A stretch of DNA of 64,000 bases from Saccostrea echinata (Eukaryota), in assembly GCF_033153115.1 (NCBI RefSeq), contig NW_026889803.1, positions 7,874,001 through 7,938,000 on the forward strand, in the 5' to 3' direction. Positions 40,501-51,471 of this stretch are shown piece by piece. The notes below the pieces were generated by a model. It did no database searches. It was not told the origin of the DNA and was given only the letters and a program-made list of their open reading frames with translations. Each line of letters opens with the position of its first letter. Within the stretch, counting starts at the first letter, position 1. The position numbers and the translations under genes were made by a program.

Positions 40501-41458
40501 TTGTTAATTTCTTCTTTAAATATCATGAAAATTCAGAGTACATATTGAGGACCAAAATCTAGCCCAAAGAGAGCTCATATGATTTAATCAAGAATGAATA
40601 TGTACAATGTTGGGATGTTTCAATATCAATACAATTAGCTGCAGAACTGTAGCGTTATAGTTTAATATTTTAGTCTTTGACCATAACGCTACAGATCACG
40701 TCATGCAAATATTGTGCAATTTACAGCGCAAGATTTTCTGCACTTTTTTGGGATCGATGTATTTCGCCACTTTCCAGCATTGTTCAATCAACCTTTCATT
40801 CCCTAATTCTAAACATATTCTATGACCAACCTGTATATTTTTTCCACCTCTTAACCCTTTATAATTGTCTCTACAGACCAATAAACTCGCTTGTTGTGAA
40901 TTTGTTGTTGGATGGCATAAAATTGAATTTATTCAAGACTTAAATATAAAACCAAACCGCTACAGTTCTGCAGCTACAATACAATCAACACGATCCTTGT
41001 GTTCTAAGAAGATTTTTTTCTTGTTCATGTCTACACATGCAACATGTAAAATTTAGATGTCTGATTTCGACCCAACCCTAGTGTAGACCAGTCCCAGGGC
41101 TCATAATTTAAAAAAAAATTATTCCATGTAACTTAGGTGTGTTTTGCTTTTTAATAAATAAATAAAGCCATTATAAAGGAAAAACTCAGTATATGAAATT
41201 GTGGGGTAGCATTTGTATCTATAGATGTTCTAGGGATTTGCATGTGAATCATGTACACTGTTAATCAACCTGCGTCTGAAGTTCCTCAAGCCTCTTTTTG
41301 TTTGCTTCCTCGTCGTCATCATCCTCACTCTCTCCGCCGGAATCACTAGAACTGGAGTTGTCAGATTTCATTTCTGCATCCTCTGTTTCTTCTGCATTAT
41401 TCTCGCTCTCCTCTTGAATAATTTCGAGGGAATCTCCTCTATCCATGCTTTCCGCCAT
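23171..41458 (-). CDS. SART3: SART3 / p110 / Prp24, U4/U6 snRNP recycling factor
   Basis: 23 exons: 41270-41458, 36721-36847, 34783-34887, 34354-34538, 33702-33807, 33485-33609, 32800-32955, 32567-32708, 32279-32386, 31743-31805, 31259-31317, 30896-31005, 30528-30640, 30356-30429, 30060-30248, 28552-28729, 27282-27445, 27083-27166, 26794-26898, 26076-26165, 25894-25977, 23654-23817, 23171-23354. Acidic N-terminus, HAT repeats (LWLEWL, VFERAL, NCPWCSQLW), Lys-rich region, two RRMs (AFVSNL, KGYAYVEF, LFVKNL, KGLAYVEF) and the C-terminal LSm-binding motif MSNDDFRKMLL. Confidence 0.95.
24838..25851. mobile_element. Non-autonomous PIF/Harbinger-like element
   Basis: TIRs GGCCACACCAATTTG / CAAATTGGTATGGCC with TTA target duplication. 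Confidence 0.75.
26360..26734. mobile_element. ~375-bp TTAA-targeting MITE (Kolobok-like), copy 1
   Basis: TTAA|GGACCCTCTCTACAC ... GTGTATAGAGGGTCC|TTAA. Homologous to 28916-29289 and 32999-33371. Confidence 0.85.
27508..28121. mobile_element. Non-autonomous element with a long terminal hairpin (possibly Crypton-derived)
   Basis: Near-perfect hairpin 27508-27653 with arms of about 60 bp, then a TTATTATAC...GTATAATAA-bounded, CpG-rich segment. Confidence 0.55.
28329..28534. mobile_element. TA-flanked MITE (Tc1/mariner type)
   Basis: TA|CTGTAAACCAACTTTTATTCGC ... GCGAATAATAGTTGGTTTACAG|TA. Confidence 0.8.
28916..29289. mobile_element. TTAA-targeting MITE (Kolobok-like), copy 2, inverted relative to copy 1
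   Basis: Near-identical reverse complement of 26360-26734, with TTAA flanks. Confidence 0.85.
29330..29970 (-). repeat. Degenerate pearl/HINE-like element with TGACCTTTGACCT subrepeats
   Basis: Repeated GACCTTTTGACCTCAAAATCAATAGG units ending in an ACAG/GACAG tract. Related to 43885-44470. Confidence 0.55.
32999..33371. mobile_element. TTAA-targeting MITE (Kolobok-like), copy 3
   Basis: More diverged homologue of copies 1 and 2, with TTAA flanks and the same TIRs. Confidence 0.85.
35058..35500 (+). pseudogene. Decayed mariner 5' end and transposase N-terminus
   Basis: TIR-like AGGGGTGATCAAAAAGTT, then interrupted codons resembling Q..AIKF...LG.S, VY and F.EGRE.V....RSG. Confidence 0.55.
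35699..36474. mobile_element. 776-bp foldback element flanked by TTAA
   Basis: The whole element is an imperfect palindrome: AGGTGCTTAGACACAGATTTGAAG ... CTTCAAATCTGTGTCCAAGCACCT, centred near 36087. Confidence 0.85.
37073..40473 (-). mobile_element. Full-length hAT DNA transposon with 6-bp TSD, in SART3 intron 1
   Basis: Perfect 13-bp TIRs CATACCTGTCAAC / GTTGACAGGTATG, TCATCA duplicated on both flanks, subterminal ATCGGTAG repeats, internal transposase gene. Confidence 0.92.
37214..39982 (-). pseudogene. Six-exon hAT transposase with two apparent +1 frameshifts
   Basis: Exons 39705-39982, 39087-39472, 38746-38976, 38316-38604, 37971-38209, 37214-37766. Zn finger CRLC..H....H, CDES, SSDN, CICH, TRWLS and SNADCERVFS. 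Frame breaks near 39856 and in the T7 run near 39350. Confidence 0.88.
40636..40976. mobile_element. 341-bp MITE with 9-bp TSD
   Basis: TIRs TAGCTGCAGAACTGTAGCG / CGCTACAGTTCTGCAGCTA, with CAATACAAT duplicated. Confidence 0.85.
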
Positions 41459-41514
41459 TGAGCGTAATTTTATCGTTTCAGATTTCGGACCTTCTTCACT
41501 AAAGAGTTCGTAAA
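41459..41514. promoter_or_regulatory. Compact bidirectional promoter region between SART3 and PISD
   Basis: Divergent ATGs at 41458 (-) and 41515 (+). Both lie in YY1-like AATGGC(G/T)G contexts. Confidence 0.7.
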
Positions 41515-44500
41515 ATGGCTGCGCCCATGTTGAAAAACGTTCCCATCAGGTAAGTCTAATCAAATTTTGATATATTTTTGCTTGTTAAGTATGGAACAAA
41601 AGTTTTAAGAAAAATTATTTAATAAATAATGAGATTCTACGCATGACACGTTTTTAAAAGTTCAGAAAATATTTCTCTTTAGCCTTTAGCTATGTAACAG
41701 AATTAAAAGTGGCTATAATATGCGTTGTATTTAGTGAGGCCACACTCCTACTAGCACTAGCTAGTGGGTTAACCCTTTAGCTTAGTCGGTAGAGCGTCGG
41801 ATTTTAAATCTGAGGGTTGTAGGTTCGAGCCACAGTGTGGACACTCCTATAGCTAATCGGTCATTGGTGCCCAACTACAAAACCCACATCAGGTGAGTGG
41901 TGTTTGTAGAGTCTCGTGTGCGAGATTTCTCAGGGGTAAGAAATCTCAAGAAAAAGAAGGGGGAAGTGTAACAGAATTAAAAGTGGCTATATGTGTTGTA
42001 TTTAGTGAGGCCATGCTCCTACTAGCACTAGCTATAGTGGGTTAACCCTTTAGCTCAGTTGGTAGAGCGTCAGATTTTAAATCTGAGGGTTGTAGGTTTG
42101 AGCCACAGTGTGGACACCCCTAGCTAATTGGTCATAGTTAGAATAATCTAACCCTGTCTTGGGACAAGCCCTCACCACACGTTTAAGTTAAACCGGGTGC
42201 GTAGGACAACATCAATTTGACGAAAGAACGTTCTATCTATTTATCCATTAATCTCCTATAGCATTGCTTACATCAAAGGTGCTTGAGGAGCCAAGATTGA
42301 GCAGTTGTTATCGATGAATTTGTTTTCACAATCTCTTGAAGAATTTCATGAACTTTGTAAAGGAATATTGCTGATTTTCATAAGCCACATATAAGCTTTA
42401 TAATATCATTATTTAAACTGTTGAATAAAAGGGAAACAAAAGTCTTCAAATAAAACAAAAAAACAATTGAGTGCACACCTCACTGCTCCACTGACTTTGG
42501 ATCGCTGTTTTATTCACCATCTCAATGAACACTATATCTTCGTTACAAATTTTTTGTATTTCTTTAACTTTCTCTTCATTTTCAACCTTTATGTTGATGC
42601 TGTGGTCACCGTCTCTGCAGTCCCCTTTGTGACACACAATGGCAGGGTCACCATTTTAGAATTTTCATGTTTTTTACATTCTGAATTTCAGTTAGATAGC
42701 AACAAAGATAATAATTAATTAATTAATTAATTAATTAATAATAATAAAATTAATTTATCATATTTTGGGTCAAATATTTAATATTTTCAGTCTTTGTGTT
42801 ATGTCTTGTAGATTTTTCAATTGTTGCTGTAGAAATGCAAGAATTGACAAAAGAACAGTTTCAAATGGTAAGCTATCCTTGAATATTTGAAGATAAAATT
42901 GTAAATGGAAAGTTCTCTGTCATTCAAAATAATTTTAAAAATTGCAGAGCTGCCAATATCATAAAATGAAAAATTGGAAGAAGGGGGTCCAGGGGCTGCT
43001 GGAGATTTTTTTGTGAATGGACCTTTTCATTATATAGTCAAACCTCATTATCTCAAACTAGATGGGACCGAGAAAAACTTTAAGATATCTGAAGGTTCAA
43101 GACATAGAGGGTAAAATACTTAAGAAATACATAGTTAGGACTTCCCAATCACTTCAACATATCCATGGTATTTGAGATATCCATGTTCGAGATACTGAAG
43201 TTCAACTGTATTTAGAAATGATTTATATTGCAATTTTGAATAGAAACTAACAACAACAAAACAAGCAATTGCTGGAAGAACTATGACTTTTTCATTATAA
43301 TAGTGAAAACTGAAGGTGAACAGCTACAAAAAATCTGGTATTTCAAACTTTTGACTGAGAGAAAAAAAGGAAATTGGAAGAATACATAGAAGAATCATAA
43401 CGAAGGCATATTTTAGGTGCTCAATCTGCACATGTAAGCATTACACCAAAATCATAAGGATTGGCAGTTCTGTGTGCATTATAACAATCATTTTAATACA
43501 ATTATGTCTAATTGTGTGAGCAAAGAAGTGGAAACAAATTTAATAATACCGTAACTAATTCACCAGTATTACACAATACTGAATGAGTCTTCACTGGATT
43601 TCTATACAATTAAAAAATACATTTATAGAGTAGAAAGCTGTTTTTATATTCAATGAATTTAGGTAAAATTAAGATTTATGCTGATGGACCCTCTAGGTTT
43701 AATTTCATGATAGATAATGTAAACAACAATATAAGTACACTGCCTGATATTAGAAATAGTGATTAACTGCAGCATTGCAGGGATAACCCTTGACAAGCTA
43801 ATTCAGGGAATTTTTGTCTCCTTTTTAAGGACAAAATATGAGGATGGAAGACAAAAAAAATGCAGATGGAGAAAGAAAAGAGGGATTGACCTTGACCTTT
43901 CACCTTTTGGCCTCAAAATCCTATTAATAGAGATCTTTCTCTTTAGAGAGATTTATTTCCTTAAGTTTCATTGCAAAAACTCAAACAGAACTAAAGTAAT
44001 CATCTGAAGAAAAAAACTTTACCCACTATATTAATTTTTGACCTTGATCTTTAATCTTTTGACCTCAACATCAATAAGGGTCTTAAAGTCATTAAGAATA
44101 TGATATAAAAATTTCATTGCAAAAAGTCCTACAAAAAAGTTATTTTCCGGAAATCTTTTAATGCAATATATGAATTTCTGACCTTGACATTTGACCTCAA
44201 AATCAAGAGAGGTCTTCTTATTATAATGAATTTCACTGCAAAAGTTCAAAGAGAATTAAAAGATGTTTGTGCTGTATATGAATTTTTGACTTTGACCTTT
44301 TAAGTCATCTATTATATAAGATTTCATTGCAAAAGTATAAAGGATTTTTGTGGTGATGTCCGGAAATTAAAGTATTACTCACAGACAGACATATGCATGG
44401 ACAGACAGATGGGCAAATGGACAGACCCAAATTAATATCCCATATTTGCTTGTAGTGCAAATAGGGGACAAAAATCAGAGGGAGATTTGTTTTATCCCAG

Positions 44501-47500
44501 TAACGATGCATACCAATACTTTATACATAGTTATGAGTATAAGATAGAGTTTCCAAATGTGTTTGGGTGACAAAAAAACCTCGAATTTAAAGTAGTAATT
44601 TTCCTCTTTTGGCTGTTTCTTTTATCTTATGTTTACCTACATTTGTTGTTTTTCGTTGCTCATATCATTATGAATTTTTATTTTATTTTTGTGATGAGTT
44701 TGCTGAGTTACTGTAGATTACCAAATTTTCCCGACACCTTTTTTTTTTGCAAGATAGACATTTAATATTCATTAGTGGGACAATTAAAATTTTCATGAAT
44801 TGTGGTTATTATCGTGTATAATCTACACCAATAAAAATTTTTTGCAAGTTTTCCGTCTAATATAATTGTGCGAAAATAAAGTTCTTGCAAATAAAAAGTG
44901 ATTTATAGTACATGTACCAGTATATGCACATAAATGTAATGGTTATATTTTTTTTAAATCCAAGCCAAAAATTGGGAAAAAACTGAACCAACTTCCCAAA
45001 GGCCCTCTTTATGACTGTCTTAAAATCATAAAATAATTAAAGATGTCCTAGCTAGTTTAGTATTTCATGTGAATATTTAGCATGGTTAACAAAGATTACA
45101 GGCAAAGTGCAAGTTTTCTGAAGCATATTAGTGTTATTATTTAATAAAAATTCTAATACTTATGAGAACTTAAGATTAAATTTTATTTCAATTTACCTAC
45201 TTTTCAGAAAAGTGGGTAAATTGAAATAAAATTTAAATTTCTCAATGAAAGAGTAAAGATGACAAACTGAATACATGTTGTGAAGCTATGCCCTCTGTAC
45301 TGATTGCTTATGTACTGAGCATAGATTGGACATCTTTAATACAAATTTCTATATTTATGTTGGTCAGGTGTTGTACGACCAAAGAAAAGAAGATTACTCA
45401 AGTTTCTGGGTCTGACTGTTGGAGCAAGTGCCACAACAGGGATAATGTTGTATTACCTAGCTAAAAAAAATTACGAACAGCGAACAAAAGAGGGCAACAA
45501 CACAACTAACACGGTATGATCAAGTAGAATTCTAAGTACATGTACTTTGCTTTTTTTTAATTATTTCTCAGTGACTAAAGAGCATGTTATGTAAATGAAG
45601 TATCACTCCACATCGACAGAGTCACATTGTGTTGCACATGTTTTAAAATGGGAAATAACCTGATAACCCACAATTTCATCATCGCTTATTATTGCTTTTT
45701 AATATACTCCTTAATTTAAATAAACAATTACAATATATTTGAATTAAAGAAAAATAAAAATAGATATATGAAATGGAAATATTCTATTGACAAAGACTGT
45801 TTATCTGTTATTTTTGTTCAGATAAAACATTAAAATCTTCCATTGAACCTAAAACTTGCACAGTATAACCTTGACTTATAGCCAGAAATTCACAAGTCCA
45901 ACATTGAAACTAAATCATGTGATTTAGGATTTCAGTTACATAGATGCTTAATATGAATAATACTAGTGCATTGTACTGCTGTTTTATTCAAATGTGCTCA
46001 AGGGTCAAAAGTATTTCTGCAGTGATAATTTTTAATATAGAATTTATTAAAAATGTCACATTTTAAAAATATTGCTAAAATATTTCTACTACGCTATATC
46101 ACTATAAAAAAAATTCACAAAAGATGCAACACTGTCTAGATATATAAAGCTGATATTGTTATTTTTTAAGCATGACCATTTTAACATTCTCAGGGATAAT
46201 CTTTGTGGAAGGGCTTTTTTTGAGGTTCAACTTACATAAATTCCTATTAGTCAAAATTACCAAATTCAACTAAGATTTGAGTCTTATAAAGCTACATGTA
46301 CATCAAAATACTAGATATAACAGGTAAAATTTTGATACATTCTAAATTTCTTGTGAAAATTTCATAATGATAACAATATTTGTAAAATTTTGGTATTTTA
46401 AAATAGAAGGTTTGTAAAGAATCGTATAATTGAATTTAAAAGTGCACTCATTTTGACCCTTGAGTGTATAAAGTTTGAACAATATTTTATTTGTAACAAT
46501 ATCTTTTTTTTCATTATACATGTTTAAAGGTTTTATCTGATTAAAAAAAAAAAACAACACAAAATCTGTTGGCAGACTTTAAAAAATAGCATTCCTAGAA
46601 AATATTTATTCTTTAAAAAAAATCATATTTTTGAACAACACAGAAATCACACAAATATCCAATAAAAATTTTTCATCACAGTAAATTACAGATCTTTATT
46701 GATATTGAAAAAAAAACACATACACAAACATGTACAATAATCAGCAAAAAATAACTTTCCTGAAAAAGTTTTTGAGCAACAAATTAAGGTTCTCTTTAAA
46801 AAGAAAAAAAAAATACACCAGTCTTTCAAGAATCTTTAAAATGAAATCAGTCTCAAACATTAAAAAGTTAAAATATACATAAGTTATATGTTGTTCAGTT
46901 GAAGAAAAAAGTCACAAGCAAATTGTAAATAAGAAGCTAAAAGAAGACAAAAAAAATGACTTTGTCTCTGAGGGGTCATCTTAAGTAGTACTAGTACTAT
47001 ATACTATGTACTTCTAATTAAGAAGAATTCTCTTGAATCCAGTCATAGGTGTAAGGCTTTATTATATACAGACGTAAGTTATAATCATAAAATAAATCAT
47101 TCATAAAATCACATGAAGGATTTCTCCTTGAAGTAAAGGACAATTTTGATTAGATTTTAAGTATGTGTACTGTTATAATTAGCACTTATATGTCATTACA
47201 TGGTTTGATTGGTCAGTTCAAGGACACAGTGGTATGTGTGTAGTTTAACAAGTCATGGTGATCTTCCCATGTACTCCACTCGGCTCCGCAGATAAGATAG
47301 ATAGCAGGAGGAAAATTATAGTCATGTTCTAGGTGGATGTTTCATCTTACTCATGAAATAGCCTTTGGAACTTATTGGAAACACTTCTGTAAATATGTAT
47401 AGATTTTGGTGATTATTGATCACTGTATAAATTCAAAAAATATTGTTACGGTAATTTTCGAGTAGTGAGTAATTAATATTTTAATTATAGAACTAGACAC

Positions 47501-50500
47501 ATTTTCCTTAAAAACAATAGTTATATATATATTATGAACTCAGAAATAATACGACATTCTAAAAACTATTAAACAAAGCATGAGGTGATAAACATGTCAC
47601 CGTTAACCCACCCCCCTCCCCGGAAACACACACTCACACGAGCTCGCTCTCACATATACATCAAAAAATGAAAGGAAAATAAAACTTAACCTATAAATAT
47701 TTTAAAATTAAAGGACACAAACAAACTTCTACAGATAAATTACACATAGGTGTTTAACCTATTACGTAATGATGTTTTACTAAATTATGGAGGAAATCAT
47801 TGTTCTTTGGGTTATGTACAATACCTGTGAACCATGCAGTAAAATGAGTGAGATTGATACATAGGTTATACTTATAGAAAGGGTGACATAACTAGTACAT
47901 GACGAGTTTGATAACACTGATATCTAACTGGGCTGTGAACTTTACACATATTTCCCCCCAATATAAACCATTGATTCAGTGTGCATGGTCACTTTGCGGC
48001 CCTTCCCGTTGGGGAAAACTTCGGGTTTTCATATTTTATAAATCTTAGTTCAGTTAATTTTTGCTCAATGTTTCATCGGAGAAGATTTGCGACACATGTT
48101 GGAGATTTCTGGATAAACTACCCAACGGAGCTTAAAATTTTTGAGTTAATATAAAAAAAACATTTATTATTATATAATATTTTTTTTTTTACATCTTTAG
48201 TTGATTTGTATCAAATCAGAAAAAAACATTGCTTATAGTCACGCGCAAAAGTGAAAAACAACATGATAAATGTTTTGTTTTCACTACCACTTGCTGAAGT
48301 GGACTTCGATCGGAGTGTGCTGTACAGTACAATCATTTTAGCAGTACTCTTGACTGGTAAAAATAGATCAGAGAAATTTTTGTTCAAGCTATGGGAAATG
48401 ACTCGATGGCAGACATGGTCCAAAATGGCACTTAATCGCCACAAAATCATGTTTGATGGTCTTCGTTGGGGAGTTCCATTAAGACAGATTAAGAAACTTC
48501 TTTCGATTCACAAAATAGTGCGACGCAAAAGATCCAGCATTCACAAGAAACGAGGACATAAAAATGTTAATCGCACGGTAAGAAGCGCCATGTTTTAATT
48601 CAGTTATAAAAGACAGTATTTTAAATGTTGAAACTTCAATTCGAGTTACAAAAGTTCGAGAAATAATGAGCATCGCATCATATTTGGTTGGAAATATTTT
48701 AATTTTCTACACAGGTTGTAAGCGCGGGCCTCCAAACCCCAGGGGCTTTGAGACTCGCATCTAAACGGCTATTCCATGCGGGAAGGTGACCCATAGTGGC
48801 CCCAAACTATCTAATCTTTTAATCTCTATTTTATGTAAAGTGTCACTGTAAATCTTTATTTTCTAGCAAAATTTTAATTTTAAGATGTAAATTGTGAATT
48901 ACGTATTTTTTTGCAGAATAATTTGATAAACTAAAAAAATTTTTCGTTGAACGCGAAAAGAAAAAAAATACTTAAAAAAAATACTTAAAAAAAAATAAGT
49001 AGATAGCAAAACATTTATATTTAACTGTTAATACTGTTTTGAAAATGAAAAACCTTTTTTTTTTAAAAAAAATGTTCTACCTTTCGAAAACACGAATTTT
49101 AATCATGCTTTTATTTTGGTTTTGCTGTCTACCTATCTCTAGTAAATTGTGCTAAAATTGTATCTTTCTAATTATTAAATTATATATTTGCCGCAGTTGT
49201 TAGTGATTTTGATGGTGAGCACCACAACTTATTTTACAGATTGAAATGTATCGCATCATGCCACTCAAGGCGATGTCCCGAGCCTGGGGGAAATTTAACC
49301 AGCTAGAATTGCCGGTCATTCTAAGGAGACCACTGTTAGGACTGTACGTCTGGATGTTCGACTGCAAGCTGGACGAAGCCATGGAAACGGAACTGAGGAA
49401 CTATCGCAACCTTGGTGAATTCTTCAGACGTATTCTAAAACCGGACATGCGACTGATCTCAATAAAAGAAGAACTGGTAAATTTTTATGGCAATTTCTTA
49501 TCCAGGAATATCTTCTGTTTTGTTATATTAGCTTGCTCTTCCGAGTGATTATTAGGTGGCATCCAATGGGTAAAGCGTGTCTGACTGCACTCTAAATTAC
49601 ACTGGTCAAGTCTGTTTTGGTGGCTATGCCTGACCCAGACTTGGTTTGACATAGACCAAACTTGCTTGGATAATGTATATTATAAATGTTTTCCATTCAG
49701 TGGTAATTCAAAGGTTATGTATGCATAGTGAGTTACCATCTATACAAGTTAATTTCAGTTACGTGAACTCTACTACCTAAAAGGCCTGAATTGACGGAAG
49801 TGTAAGCTATACTAAAAGATAACAATGACATGAAGATCATGAGATATGTATTAAAATAAATTTTCTTTATTATTTTTTTTAACCAGACAAATCCAGCAGA
49901 TGGAAAGATCCTTCACTTTGGAGAAGTTACAGATGGAATTTTAGAACAAGTGAAAGGAGTAAATTACTCCGTCAAACATTTTTTGGGACCACAGACCTGG
50001 ATGAACGACTCTAACGCCCCCACACCACCGGCGAACATGACGGACGAAGAGTACTTCCGGGGATTGAAATTAAGACCCGGAAACAAACTTTACCACTGTG
50101 TTGTGTACCTGGCTCCTGGGGACTACCACAGGTTTCATTCCGCTGCCAAGTGGGACATTACCTACAGACGCCATTTTCCTGGTAGGGTTTACTTTATTTT
50201 CAAATAAAAGAGTAAAAATGAATGAAAATTAATGCCAAAAGTTAAATTGGTTTTAAAAATTTGTATAATCCAACTGATATAAATTCTGTGCTATCTCTTT
50301 ATTCAAGGAGAACTACTGAGTGTAAATCCAGGTATCGCTCGTTGGATCCACGGTCTGTTTGTCCTTAATGAACGAGTGGCTTACATGGGGGAATGGGAAC
50401 ATGGCTTCTTCTCCTATACTGCAGTAGGCGCCACGAATGTAGGATCCATCAAGATTTACTGTGATCAGGTAGGTCATAAAAGTTTACGTTCCTGTATGAG

Positions 50501-50965
50501 TTTTTTCTTTAGTTTGTTTTATCAATTCTAGTAGTTGATGCATACTTATGAATATAGATATTACAAGTAAAGTGATTAAATTAAGCTGTATGCTAGATCA
50601 TTTATGATCGGGCTTCCACAAATTACAAATATGAATGTTATAAAGACTTCAAGTTTAACAAATATACTGTAAATAGTTGTATGAAATTTTGTAAACTATA
50701 AATGTAACAGCTATGTTGTTCACTTGTTCAGGAAATGATGACGAACGTAAAACATCACCCAGACACGCGTCTTACCCCTGGTGTGTACTTCGATAAAGAC
50801 TTCCGACAAAACCCAATCCATGTGGAAAAGGGTGAAATGTTTGGCGAGTTCAATCTGGGATCCACCATTGTGCTGGTATTTGAAGCACCTGAAAATTTCG
50901 TCTTCAACGTCATCAACGATCAGAAAGTCCGCATGGGTGAACCAATGGGCACGTGTATACCATAA
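41515..50965 (+). CDS. PISD: Phosphatidylserine decarboxylase proenzyme, mitochondrial
   Basis: Exons 41515-41549, 42812-42867, 45368-45513, 49240-49476, 49887-50181, 50308-50468, 50732-50965. Motifs [39 protein letters not shown] and the FNLGSTIV self-cleavage site. The first three exons (basic presequence and TM segment) rest on phase consistency and are less certain. Confidence 0.93.
41771..41843 (+). pseudogene. tRNA-Lys-derived sequence in 5' LTR
   Basis: A-box TAGCTTAGTCGGTAGAGC, arm TCGGA-TTTTAAA-TCTGA, B-box GGTTCGAGCC. The acceptor stem does not pair. Confidence 0.75.
42044..42116 (+). pseudogene. tRNA-Lys-derived sequence in 3' LTR
   Basis: TAGCTCAGTTGGTAGAGCG-TCAGA-TTTTAAA-TCTGA-GGGTTGTAGGTTTGAGCC. 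Confidence 0.75.
43035..43208. mobile_element. TA-flanked MITE (Tc1/mariner type), degenerate
   Basis: TA|TAGTCAAACCTCATTATCTCAAAC ... GTTCGAGATACTGAAGTTCAACTG|TA. Confidence 0.6.
43885..44470 (-). repeat. Degenerate pearl/HINE-like element
   Basis: TGACCTTGACCTT subrepeats, (ACAG)n tract and GGGGACAAAAA end. Related to 29330-29970. Confidence 0.55.
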
Positions 50966-51471
50966 AGTAACTGACAAACCGGAAGTGGAGAACGCAATAT
51001 CTGTGATACATTGACCTTATTCATGAGCTGCTCAATTTTGTTCTTTATTGGAGAGATGTAATTGAAAATGACGTCAATATGTCATTGAGTTTTTTCAACT
51101 CTGAAAATGCTTTTAAAATGTAACTGTAATGTCGCAACTGGTGTGATAATATGCGTATAATTGTAATAAAATGCGCAGATCATGATAGTAATGTTGGTTT
51201 TATTTTAGAACAATCCTATCATTTTAGAGAAATAAAGAAATACATTTTCCCCTTGATGTGAAGTATTCCGTTCCCATGTTCATAAGTATTTTCTTGTTAT
51301 CAAGGTCAGAGTATAGGCCTAGTTTTTTTTTTTTTTTTTAAATTCGTTTCCCTGGGGTCTATAATCCATGTGCATTTCTTAGAAAGTATAAAATTGTCAT
51401 ATCAAATTGATCTCGGTTCAATTGAATCTGGAGGAAAAAAAATAAATTTTTTGAATGTCGCAATAGGCAAA

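Larger units (their letters stand above)
41693..42134 (+). mobile_element. TRIM (miniature non-autonomous LTR retrotransposon) with tRNA-derived sequence in both LTRs
   Basis: LTRs 41693-41863 and 41967-42134 (TG...CA), PBS TGGTGCCCAAC at 41865, PPT AAGAAAAAGAAGGGGGAAG at 41948-41966, flanks TAGCTA / TAGTTA. Confidence 0.88.

Noticed and set aside
41771-42116. Two functional tRNA genes, apparently ochre suppressors (loop TTTTAAA gives anticodon TTA)
   Set aside because: The acceptor stems do not pair and the T arms are imperfect. Both lie inside the LTRs of a TRIM, so they are derived promoter modules.
48251-48598. 115-aa ORF in PISD intron
   Set aside because: No recognisable motif, no ATG at the track start, and it lies in a probable repeat.
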